DNA of 64,000 nt from assembly GCA_963758325.1 (NCBI GenBank), contig CAVWUZ010000005.1, forward strand, positions 49,087 to 113,086, given 5' to 3'. Position 1 is the first letter of the stretch; every line of letters starts with the position of its first letter. The position numbers were made by a program, and so were the translations under genes. This document shows, in pieces, positions 8,803-17,220 of this stretch. This stretch comes from an uncultured Actinomycetota bacterium (lineage in GTDB: Bacteria; Actinomycetota; Actinomycetes; Mycobacteriales; Jatrophihabitantaceae). Below the pieces are notes generated by a model that saw nothing but the letters and a program-made list of their open reading frames with translations, did not search any database and was not told the DNA's origin.

Positions 8803-9438
8803 TCAGCCCGGACGGTCGGGCGGGGCGGCGTGCTGGCGGATCCAGGTGTGCATCGCGATGCCCGCGGCCACACCGGCGTTGATCGAGCGCGTCGAGCCGT
8901 ACTGGGCGATCGAGCAGACCACCGACGCCGCCGACCGCGCGGCCGGTGACAGCCCGACCGACTCCTGACCGAACAGCATCAGGCAGCGGCGCGGCAGTGC
9001 CACTGTCTCGAGCGGAACGGCGCCCGGCAGGTTGTCCACCCCGACGACCGTCCGGCCGTCGAGTGTCGCCACGAGCTCCTCGATGCTCGCCACGTGCCGG
9101 ACGTGCTGGTAGCGGTCGGTGACCATGGCGCCGCGGCGGTTCCACCGCCGGCGCCCGACGACGACCACCTCGGCGGCGAGGAACGCGTTGGCGGTCCGCA
9201 CGATCGTCCCGATGTTCAGGTCGTGCTGCCAGTTCTCGATCGCGACGGCGAAGTCGTGCCGCCGGGTGTCGAGGTCGGCGACGATCGACTCCAGCCGCCA
9301 GTAGCGGTAGCGGTCGACGACGTTGCGGCGGTCCCCCTCGGCCAGCAGGGTCGGGTCCAGGCGCGGGTCGTCCGGCCAGGGCCGCAGGTGCGGGCCGACC
9401 CCGACGGCGTCCGTCCGGTACGGATCCGGCTCAGTCAA
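8803..9438 (-). CDS. TrmH/SpoU family RNA 2'-O-methyltransferase
   Basis: Motifs NIGTIVRTANAF and LMLFGQESVGLS ... STRSINAGVAAGIAMH. TTG start at 9438, overlapping the pyrE stop. The upstream part of track ORF 8803..9711 is out-of-frame overlap with pyrE. Confidence 0.8.
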   Translation of the reverse strand: MTEPDPYRTDAVGVGPHLRPWPDDPRLDPTLLAEGDRRNVVDRYRYWRLESIVADLDTRRHDFAVAIENWQHDLNIGTIVRTANAFLAAEVVVVGRRRWNRRGAMVTDRYQHVRHVASIEELVATLDGRTVVGVDNLPGAVPLETVALPRRCLMLFGQESVGLSPAARSAASVVCSIAQYGSTRSINAGVAAGIAMHTWIRQHAAPPDRPG

Positions 9439-9958
9439 GTCCGAGATCGGACAACGCGTAGGCGGCGCGGTACTCCAGGCCCTCGGCGCGGACGGCGTCC
9501 CCGGCGCCGCGGTCGACGATGACGGCCACGCCGACCACGTCCGCGCCCTCGTCGCGCAGCGCGGACACCGCGGTGAGCACGGAACCGCCGGTGGTCGAGG
9601 TGTCCTCCACGGCCAGGACGCGCCGGCCGGCGACGGACGGTCCCTCGACGCGCCGCTGCAGGCCGTGCTGCTTCTCGCTCTTGCGGACGACGAACGCGTC
9701 CAGCCGGCCACCGGAGGCGTGCAGCATGGCCGTCGCCACCGGGTCGGCGCCCAGGGTCAGCCCGCCGACCGCGTCGTACCCCCAGTCGGCGGTCAGCTCG
9801 AGCAGCACCTGCCCGACCAGCGGCGCCGCGCGGTGGTGCAGCGTGATGCGGCGGAGATCGACGTACCAGTCCGCCTCCCGGCCGGAGGACAGCCTGACCC
9901 GTCCGTGCAGGACCGCGAGCTCGGTGATGAGGGGCAGGAGCTCGTCCCGCGCGGTCAC
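9431..9958 (-). CDS. pyrE: orotate phosphoribosyltransferase
   Basis: PRPP-binding loop VLAVEDTSTTGGS and a size of 175 aa. GTG start at 9958 in a GTGA overlap with the SDR stop. Confidence 0.9.
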   Translation of the reverse strand: MTARDELLPLITELAVLHGRVRLSSGREADWYVDLRRITLHHRAAPLVGQVLLELTADWGYDAVGGLTLGADPVATAMLHASGGRLDAFVVRKSEKQHGLQRRVEGPSVAGRRVLAVEDTSTTGGSVLTAVSALRDEGADVVGVAVIVDRGAGDAVRAEGLEYRAAYALSDLGLD

Positions 9959-10791
9959 CGCTCGTCCCGGGACGCCGGGGCGCGCCCACTCGGCCGCAGC
10001 CGGGCGGTCAGCCGGGGGCGTCCGTTGCGCCCGTGGGGCAGCACCCGGGACAGCCCGACGATCGCCTTGTAGCGGACGTCGGGGACGCTGACGACCTTGC
10101 CACGGTCGGCGTCGGCGAGCGCGGCGCGGACCACCGGTTCCGCGGACAGCCAGAGGAACGACGGCACCCGGGACTTGTCCACGGCGAGCCGGTCGTGGAA
10201 CTCGGTGTGCGTGAACCCGGGACAGACGGCGGTGACGGCGACCCCGGTGCCCACCAGCGACAACGCCATCCCCTCGGACAGCGCGATGACGTAGGCCTTC
10301 GAGGCACCGTAGGTCGGCGCCTCGCCGCGCGGGTGGAACCCCGCGACCGAGGCGATGTTGAGGATCCGGCCGCGTCCGCGCGGGCGCATGGCGACGACCG
10401 CGGCGTGGCTCAGCCGCAGGACCGCCCGCACGTTGACCTCGAGCATCGCCTCCTCCTCGGCCAGCGGAGCGTCGCCGAACCCGCCGCGCAGTCCGTGCCC
10501 GGCGTTGTTGACCAGCACCTCGATCGCCGGCTCCGCGGCGACGCGCCGGGCGACGGCGGCACATCCGTCGTCGGTGGCGAGGTCCGCCGGCAGGACCTCG
10601 ACCGCGAGGCCGAACCGGTCGACCAGCTCGTCGCGGCGCTGCTGCAGCCGCGGCTCGTCACGACCCACGAGGACGAGGTCGTGCCCCCGGGCGGCGAGCT
10701 GCCGGGCGAACTCCGCGCCCAGACCCGCAGTGGCGCCGGTGACGAGCGCGGTCCCCGAGGCGGCGGCGCGGGTGTCGCCCGCAGCGCTCAC
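9955..10791 (-). CDS. SDR family oxidoreductase
   Basis: Motifs TALVTGATAGLG, NNAG and YGASK. GTG start at 10791 in a GTGA overlap with the upstream gene. Confidence 0.85.
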   Translation of the reverse strand: MSAAGDTRAAASGTALVTGATAGLGAEFARQLAARGHDLVLVGRDEPRLQQRRDELVDRFGLAVEVLPADLATDDGCAAVARRVAAEPAIEVLVNNAGHGLRGGFGDAPLAEEEAMLEVNVRAVLRLSHAAVVAMRPRGRGRILNIASVAGFHPRGEAPTYGASKAYVIALSEGMALSLVGTGVAVTAVCPGFTHTEFHDRLAVDKSRVPSFLWLSAEPVVRAALADADRGKVVSVPDVRYKAIVGLSRVLPHGRNGRPRLTARLRPSGRAPASRDER

Positions 10792-11657
10792 GAGCGGCGG
10801 GACTTGGAGCTGCCCTTGGTCCGCGCCGGCGGACGACCGGTGCCGGCGACGGGAGCAGGTGCGCCGCCGCGGGCCTTCGGCTCCGCGCGGGACGTCGTCG
10901 GCTCGACCGACACCGGCTCGGCGTCGACCACGGTGCCGCGCGGCGTGGCCCCTCGCGTTCCGCCTGGCGCCGGGCGGGGCCCGAAGAGCCCACCGCCGGG
11001 GCGGGTGCCGTTGCTGCCGATGCCGCGACCCGACCGCGAACCGAACAGGCCCGGCCGACCGGTGGCCGCGGGCCGACCCCAGGTGAGCCAGGCCGCCGGG
11101 GCGCGCAGGAACAGCAGGACCAGCCCGCCGAGGAAGCACAGCGACGTGAGCAGCGCCGGGACCTTCTGGTACGCGGGCGCGTTCGAGGCGACCGAGGTGA
11201 TCGCGGCCAGGCCGAGGGGCGTGCTGAAGCTGGCGAGGACGTAGACGCCGAGCGCCGCCCACCGGACCCAGTGCCGCCCGAGCAGGACCACCCGGGCCAG
11301 CAGCAGCAGCATGACCGCGAGCACGATGCTCTCGATCAGCTGGGCGTTGAGGTACTGGTCGACCGCGTGCGGCAGGTCGTCGGGCAGCTTGGTCTTGCTG
11401 TGCACGTAGGAGTCGTGGACGTAGGCGATGAACGACGAGCGGTTGGCGCGAAGGACCAGCGCGGTGATGACGGCGCCCACCGCGGTCAGCCCGAACAGCG
11501 CCGCAGACACGAGGACGAGCTGCGGGCGCGGCGGCCGCACTCCGGCGTCGGTGCTCACCGTGCCGTCAGTGCCGGCTGTGGCGCCTGTGGCATCCGTGGC
11601 GCCCCGGCGGGCCGACTGCTCAGTCACGCCGGGCAGTCTACGTGCGCCGACCGGCAC
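10788..11657 (-). CDS. hypothetical membrane protein with a Gly/Arg/Pro-rich C-terminal tail
   Basis: Track ORF of 289 aa with 4-5 hydrophobic helices. The start is uncertain (11657, or GTG at 11627). Confidence 0.5.
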   Translation of the reverse strand: MPVGARRLPGVTEQSARRGATDATGATAGTDGTVSTDAGVRPPRPQLVLVSAALFGLTAVGAVITALVLRANRSSFIAYVHDSYVHSKTKLPDDLPHAVDQYLNAQLIESIVLAVMLLLLARVVLLGRHWVRWAALGVYVLASFSTPLGLAAITSVASNAPAYQKVPALLTSLCFLGGLVLLFLRAPAAWLTWGRPAATGRPGLFGSRSGRGIGSNGTRPGGGLFGPRPAPGGTRGATPRGTVVDAEPVSVEPTTSRAEPKARGGAPAPVAGTGRPPARTKGSSKSRRS

Positions 11658-11720
11658 GACCGGCCGGTCGGCGCGGCCGGTCTACGCTGGGCGTCCCGGT
11701 CCGGTCGCGAAGGAGTCCGC

Positions 11721-12401
11721 GTGAGTCAGCCCACCGGCCAGCCACCCGGCCGTGGTGACGCGGAGCGCGACGGCGAGGCGGTCCCGCCGACGCCGCCCCC
11801 GTGGCAGGACTGGCAGGCACAGCACGAACCAGAGCCACACCAGCAACAGCAGCCGGCGGCGCCGCGGCTCGACCCGAACGACCCCTACCGGTACGGCCGG
11901 CCGGAGCCCGAGCAGGACCCGTCCCGTTTCGGACCGCCGCCGCAGTCCCCGGCGCAGGGTCAGTACGGGCAGTCGCCGTACGGCCCGTACCCGCCGTACG
12001 GCCAGTACCCGCCCGGTCCTCCCGGAGCGCCGCAGTACCCGGGCGGCGCCCCGCACGCCCCGCAGCCCCCGCCGTACGCGTCGTACCCGCAACCGGGCAA
12101 CCGCAACGGACTGGCCGTCGCCGGGCTGGTGCTCGGCCTGGTGGCGCTCGCACTGTGCTGGGTGCCGATCGTCGGGGCCGTTCTCGGCGTGCTCGGCGTC
12201 GTCTTCGGCGCCGTGGGTCTGCGCAGCGCCGGGCGGCACGCCGGCTCGGGACGTGGCCTGGCGCTGGCCGGGACGATCTGCGGCGCCGTCGCGACCGTCG
12301 TCTGCGTCGTGTTCTCGATCTTCGTGATCAACCGGGTGGTCGACTGCTCGCAGTACGGCACCGACACCCCGTCGTACAACCTCTGCATCCGCAATGGCTG
12401 A
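11721..12401 (+). CDS. DUF4190-like membrane protein with a Pro/Tyr/Gln-rich N-terminus
   Basis: GTG at 11721, preceded by GAAGGAG. The C-terminal pair of helices LAVAGLVLGLVALALCWVPIVGAVLGVLGVVFG is typical of DUF4190. Confidence 0.65.
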   Translation: MSQPTGQPPGRGDAERDGEAVPPTPPPWQDWQAQHEPEPHQQQQPAAPRLDPNDPYRYGRPEPEQDPSRFGPPPQSPAQGQYGQSPYGPYPPYGQYPPGPPGAPQYPGGAPHAPQPPPYASYPQPGNRNGLAVAGLVLGLVALALCWVPIVGAVLGVLGVVFGAVGLRSAGRHAGSGRGLALAGTICGAVATVVCVVFSIFVINRVVDCSQYGTDTPSYNLCIRNG

Positions 12402-12957
12402 TCCGTACGGCTCGCCGATCGACCCGAACCCCGTTCTGCCGCCTGGCTACCAGCCGTACCCGGGTGGACCGACGCCGTACTACCCGTCCTACGGGCCGCC
12501 CTACGGGGCCACGCCGCCGGGCTCCGCGCCGTCGGCTGAGCGCCCCGGGCTGGTGCTCGCCGCGGCCGTGCTCGGCTACGTCGAGGCCGGGCTGCTGCTG
12601 CTCGCCGGGCTGGTGTTGCTGTTCGGCGCCGCGGCGGCGAGCAGCATCAGCTCCAACCTCGGCGAAGACGTCTCCGGGCCCATCGCCGAGGCCTACCTCG
12701 GCAGTGCGGCGAACCTCGTCAGCGGCGGGCTGCTCCTCGCCGGCGCGCTGCTGGTCAGCGCGCGCCGGGACATCGGGCGGGTCCTGTTCAGCGTCGGCGG
12801 CGCGGTGTGCACGGTCGCCGGCATCTACTGGCTGGCCCGGGTCCAGGAGGCGCAGGTGCTGCCGTACGCGGTGCTGTTCACGGTGCCGACGGTCGTGGCG
12901 GTCGGGCTGCTGTGGGCGGCCGTGGTCAGCCGCTGGCTGCGGGGCGCCAGCGGCTGA
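12394..12957 (+). CDS. Pro/Tyr-rich membrane protein (hypothetical)
   Basis: Track ORF of 187 aa that overlaps the previous gene by 8 nt. It has a PY-rich N-terminus similar in style to the previous gene, followed by 4 TM helices. Confidence 0.55.
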   Translation: MADPYGSPIDPNPVLPPGYQPYPGGPTPYYPSYGPPYGATPPGSAPSAERPGLVLAAAVLGYVEAGLLLLAGLVLLFGAAAASSISSNLGEDVSGPIAEAYLGSAANLVSGGLLLAGALLVSARRDIGRVLFSVGGAVCTVAGIYWLARVQEAQVLPYAVLFTVPTVVAVGLLWAAVVSRWLRGASG

Positions 12958-12968
12958 CCGGCCGTGCG

Positions 12969-15539
12969 TCAGCGACCCGAGACGTCGAGTCCCGACCGGT
13001 CCTCGCGGACGTCGACCACGACCGTCTGCCCGTCGCGGATCTCGCCGCGCAGCAGCGCCTTCGCCAGCGCGTCGCCGATCGCGGTCTGCACCAGGCGGCG
13101 CAGCGGCCGGGCGCCGTACAGCGGGTCGAACCCGTTGAGCGCCAGCCACTCCTTCGCGCCCGGCGTGACGTCGAGCGTCAGCCGCCGCGACTCCAGCCGC
13201 CGCGCCAGCTGCGTGATCTGGATGTCGACGATCCGGGTCAGCTCCTCGGTCCCCAGCGACTCGAACACCACGATGTCGTCGAGCCGGTTGAGGAACTCGG
13301 GCTTGAAGTGGTCGCGCACCACCTGCAGCACGGCGTCCTTCTTCGCCGCGTCCGGCAGCCCGCTGACCAGCGCCTGGGAGCCGAGGTTCGACGTCATGAT
13401 CAGGATGGCGTTGCGGAAGTCGACCGTGCGTCCCTGCCCGTCGGTCAGCCGGCCGTCGTCGAGCACCTGCAGGAGCACGTCGAACACGTCGGGATGCGCC
13501 TTCTCGACCTCGTCGAGCAGGACGACGCTGTACGGCCGGCGGCGGACCGCCTCGGTCAGTTGGCCGCCCTCCTCGTAGCCGACGTAGCCGGGCGGGGCAC
13601 CGACGAGCCGGGCGACGGAGTGCTTCTCGCCGTACTCGCTCATGTCGATGCGGACCATCGCCCGCTCGTCGTCGAACAGGAACGCCGCCAGCGCCTTGGC
13701 CAGTTCCGTCTTGCCGACGCCGGTGGGGCCGAGGAACAGGAACGAGCCGGTGGGACGGTTCGGGTCGGCGATGCCGGCCCGGGCGCGGCGCACGGCGTCC
13801 GAGACCGCGGCGACGGCCTCGGTCTGCCCGATGACGCGGGAGCCGAGCTCGTCCTCCATGCGGAGCAGCTTCGCCGTCTCGCCCTCGAGCAGGCGGCCCG
13901 CCGGGATGCCGGTCCAGGCGCCCACCACCTCGGCGATGTCGTCGGCGGTGACCTCCTCCTTCACGAGGACGTCCTGCGCCGGCTCCGCGGCCGCGGCCTG
14001 CGCGAGCTCCTTCTCGAGCACCGGGATCTCGGCGTACAGCAACCGGGACGCGGTCTCGAAGTCACCGTCGCGCTGGGCGCGTTCGGCCTGTCCGCGCAGG
14101 TCGTCGAGCTCCTCCTTGAGCTGGCCGACCCGGTTCAGCCCCGACTTCTCGCGCTCCCAGCGGGCGTTGAGGGCGTCGAGCTGCTCCTGCAGGTCGGCGA
14201 GCTCGGCGCGCAGCCGGGCCAGGCGCTCGACGGAGGCCTCGTCGGTCTCCTTCGACAGCGCCAGCTCCTCCATCTTCAGCCGGTCGACCTGCCGCTGCAG
14301 GACGTCGATCTCGACCGGGCGGGAGTCGATCTCCATCCGCAGTCGCGACGCCGCCTCGTCGACGAGGTCGATCGCCTTGTCCGGGAGGAACCGGCTGGTG
14401 ATGTAGCGGTCGGACAGCGACGCCGCAGCGACGAGCGAGCCGTCGCTGATCTGCACCTTGTGGTGCGCCTCGTACCGGCCCTTCAGCCCGCGCAGGATGC
14501 CGATGGTGTCCTCGACGCTCGGCTCGCCGACGAAGACCTGCTGGAAGCGCCGCTCGAGCGCCGGGTCCTTCTCGATGTGCTCCCGGTACTCGTCCAGGGT
14601 GGTCGCGCCGACCATCCGCAGCTCGCCGCGGGCGAGCATCGGCTTGAGCATGTTGCCGGCGTCCATGGCGCCCTCGCCGGTGGCGCCGGCGCCGACGACG
14701 GTGTGCAGCTCGTCGATGAACGTGACGACCTGGCCGCCGGAGTCCTTGATCTCGTTGAGGACGGCCTTGAGCCGCTCCTCGAACTCGCCCCGGTACTTCG
14801 CGCCGGCGACCATGGCGCCGAGGTCGAGCGACACCAGCTTCTTGCCGCGCAGGGACTCGGGGACGTCGCCGGCGACGATCCGCTGCGCGAGGCCCTCGAC
14901 GACGGCGGTCTTGCCGACGCCGGGCTCACCGATCAGCACCGGGTTGTTCTTGGTACGGCGGGAGAGCACCTGGATCACCCGGCGGATCTCGGTGTCGCGG
15001 CCGATGACGGGGTCGATCTTGCCCTCGCGCGCGTGCTCGGTGAGGTCGACGCCGTACTTCTCCAGCGCCTGGAACGTGCCCTCCGGGTCGGGGCTGGTGA
15101 CGCGCGCGGAACCGCGGACAGCGCTGAGCGCGTCACCGAGCGCTCCGGCGGTGACGCCGGTGCGCTGGAGCAGCGTCGCGACGTCGCCGCCCTGCTCGGC
15201 GAGCGCGATCAGCAGGTGCTCGGTGGAGACGTACTCGTCGCTGCGGTCGCGCGCGGCGCGCTCGGCGGCGTTCAGGACGGCGAGGAACGCCCGACTCGGC
15301 TGCGGCGCGCCCACGTTGCTGCCCGAGGCGCTCGGCAGCCGGTCGACCAGCCGCTGCGCGTCGGCGCGCACGGCCACCGGGTCGACGCCGAGCTGCTGCA
15401 GCAGCGGGCGGGTCAGACCCTCGGCGTCGTCGAGGAGGGCGACGGCGAGGTGAGCGGGTTCCGCGGCGGGGTTGCCGCGGCCGGCCGCGTCCTTGATCGC
15501 GGACGAGACGGCCTGCTGGCTGCGGGTGGTGAGGTCCAA
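12969..15539 (-). CDS. clpB: ATP-dependent chaperone ClpB
   Basis: Two AAA+ modules ([18 protein letters not shown]), the coiled-coil middle domain and a Clp N domain. 856 aa, with a TTG start at 15539. Confidence 0.95.
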   Translation of the reverse strand: MDLTTRSQQAVSSAIKDAAGRGNPAAEPAHLAVALLDDAEGLTRPLLQQLGVDPVAVRADAQRLVDRLPSASGSNVGAPQPSRAFLAVLNAAERAARDRSDEYVSTEHLLIALAEQGGDVATLLQRTGVTAGALGDALSAVRGSARVTSPDPEGTFQALEKYGVDLTEHAREGKIDPVIGRDTEIRRVIQVLSRRTKNNPVLIGEPGVGKTAVVEGLAQRIVAGDVPESLRGKKLVSLDLGAMVAGAKYRGEFEERLKAVLNEIKDSGGQVVTFIDELHTVVGAGATGEGAMDAGNMLKPMLARGELRMVGATTLDEYREHIEKDPALERRFQQVFVGEPSVEDTIGILRGLKGRYEAHHKVQISDGSLVAAASLSDRYITSRFLPDKAIDLVDEAASRLRMEIDSRPVEIDVLQRQVDRLKMEELALSKETDEASVERLARLRAELADLQEQLDALNARWEREKSGLNRVGQLKEELDDLRGQAERAQRDGDFETASRLLYAEIPVLEKELAQAAAAEPAQDVLVKEEVTADDIAEVVGAWTGIPAGRLLEGETAKLLRMEDELGSRVIGQTEAVAAVSDAVRRARAGIADPNRPTGSFLFLGPTGVGKTELAKALAAFLFDDERAMVRIDMSEYGEKHSVARLVGAPPGYVGYEEGGQLTEAVRRRPYSVVLLDEVEKAHPDVFDVLLQVLDDGRLTDGQGRTVDFRNAILIMTSNLGSQALVSGLPDAAKKDAVLQVVRDHFKPEFLNRLDDIVVFESLGTEELTRIVDIQITQLARRLESRRLTLDVTPGAKEWLALNGFDPLYGARPLRRLVQTAIGDALAKALLRGEIRDGQTVVVDVREDRSGLDVSGR

Positions 15540-15593
15540 GGTCGGTACTCCGGGAGTGCGGGAACGAGTGTCACTGGAACAACGGCGGTCGGG

Positions 15594-15612
15594 TTGAGTC
15601 TGTTCCGCTCAA
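15594..15612 (-). promoter_or_regulatory. HAIR-like HspR operator upstream of clpB
   Basis: TTGAGT-N7-GCTCAA on the + strand. On the clpB sense strand it reads TTGAGC-GGAACAG-ACTCAA. It resembles the published HAIR consensus CTTGAGT-N7-ACTCAAG and lies 55-73 nt upstream of the clpB start. Confidence 0.55.
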
Positions 15613-15639
15613 CTTGACCCGGTCAAGACGGCTGCGATG

Positions 15640-17220
15640 TCACAGCCTGAGCGTGACGTCCGCCGCGGCGTGCAGGACCGGGTCGTGGCTCGCGACCAGG
15701 ACCGCCGTGCCTTCGGCGGCGGCCCGCGCCAGGGCGGCGGTGACCAGCTCGGCGTGCGCCTCGTCCTGCTGCGAGGTCGGCTCGTCGATCACCACGAGCG
15801 GGCGCTGCGCGGCCAGGCAACGGGCCACCCCGACCCGCTGGCGCTCCCCGCCGGACAGCACCGCGACCGCCCGGCCGCGCACCGACCCCAGACCGAGCGT
15901 GGCGAGCACCCGCGCGACGACGGCGACGTCCTCCGGCAGGCCGCGCGACGTGCGCGCCATGGTCAGGTTCTCCTCGACGTCGAGCGGCTCGGCCAGCGCC
16001 CCGCCCTGGAGGGCCACCGCGGCCACCTCCCGCCGCACGTCCGCCCGCGCCGCCCGGTCCAAGCCGGCCAACGCGGTGCCGCCGGCGAGCGCGGTCCCGC
16101 CGAGAAGCACCGTCCCGGCGTCGGCGTCGGCGAGCCCGAGCAGCACCCGCAGCAGCGTCGTCTTGCCCGAGCCCGACGGGCCGCGCACGACGGTGAGCGC
16201 GCCCGCCGGCACGTCGACGTCGACGCCGGCAAGGACGTCGCGGCCGCCATGGCGCACCCGGATGCCGCGTCCCACCGCCACCGGCGCGCCGGGCGTCCGG
16301 GGCGGGACCGCCTCGACCGGGCGCGGCTCCGGCGGCCGGTCGACCACCGCCGACAGCACGATCCCGTCGCCGTGCTCGGCGGCGCGCACACCGCCCGATG
16401 CGCCCGTGCGGTGGCGCAGGTGCTCGGGCAGCCGCACCCAGCCGCGGTCGTCGACGACCAGGATCTCCTCGGCCGGGCCGCCCGCCGACTGCGGCGCCCA
16501 CTGTTCGGACAGCCGCCCGTCGCGGATGCGCACGACCCGGTCGGCGACGCGGGCCGCCCGGACGTCGTGGCTCACCAGCAGCAGCGTCGCGCCGGCCCGG
16601 GCGACGGCCCCGGCGAGCAGGTCGTACACCTCGTCGGCGGCGTCGGCGTCGAGGTCGCCGGTCGGCTCGTCGGCGAGCACCACCGCCGGCCGGTGCGCCA
16701 GCGCCGCGCAGACGGCGACCCGCTGCGCCTCGCCGCCGGCCAGCGTGGCGGGACGGCGTTCGGCCAGCGAGCCCAGCCCGACCGCGTCGAGGGACTCGAG
16801 CGCGATGCGGCGGGCGGCGGCCCGCCGGGTGCCGGCCAGCCGCAGCTGGAGGGCGACGTTGTCGACGACGTCCAGCTCGGGCCGCAGCGCCCGCGCCGAG
16901 TGCTGGTCGACGATGCCCAGCCGGGCCAGGCGCAGCCGGGCGCGGGCCCGCTCGTCGGCGCCGGCGAGGTCGACGCCGGCCACCTCCACCGTCCCGGCGC
17001 TGGGCGCCTGCTCCCCCATCAGCACTTTCAGCAGCGTCGTCTTGCCCGAGCCGTTGGGCCCGTGGACGACCAGCCGCTCGCCGGGGCCGACCTGCAGCGA
17101 CAGCCCGCGCAGTGCCGTCACCGTCCCGGCCGGCACGGCGTAGAGGCAGAACAGGTCCCGCGCGGTGATCGCCGCCGATCCGCCCGCCGCCGTCTCCGTC
17201 CCCGCTGTCAGCGCCGTCAT
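15640..17220 (-). CDS. ABC transporter ATP-binding protein with two fused NBDs
   Basis: Walker A occurs twice (GPNGSGKTT, GPSGSGKTT). Signature motifs are LAGGEAQR and LSGGERQR, and Walker B motifs are VVLADEPT and LVVIDEPT. ATG at 17220 in an ATGA overlap with the permease stop. Confidence 0.85.
   Translation of the reverse strand: MTALTAGTETAAGGSAAITARDLFCLYAVPAGTVTALRGLSLQVGPGERLVVHGPNGSGKTTLLKVLMGEQAPSAGTVEVAGVDLAGADERARARLRLARLGIVDQHSARALRPELDVVDNVALQLRLAGTRRAAARRIALESLDAVGLGSLAERRPATLAGGEAQRVAVCAALAHRPAVVLADEPTGDLDADAADEVYDLLAGAVARAGATLLLVSHDVRAARVADRVVRIRDGRLSEQWAPQSAGGPAEEILVVDDRGWVRLPEHLRHRTGASGGVRAAEHGDGIVLSAVVDRPPEPRPVEAVPPRTPGAPVAVGRGIRVRHGGRDVLAGVDVDVPAGALTVVRGPSGSGKTTLLRVLLGLADADAGTVLLGGTALAGGTALAGLDRAARADVRREVAAVALQGGALAEPLDVEENLTMARTSRGLPEDVAVVARVLATLGLGSVRGRAVAVLSGGERQRVGVARCLAAQRPLVVIDEPTSQQDEAHAELVTAALARAAAEGTAVLVASHDPVLHAAADVTLRL

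Noticed and set aside
12807-15617. 936-aa plus-strand ORF
   Set aside because: It is antisense to clpB, has no motifs and has the Arg/Gly/Asp-rich composition typical of shadow ORFs in high-GC DNA.
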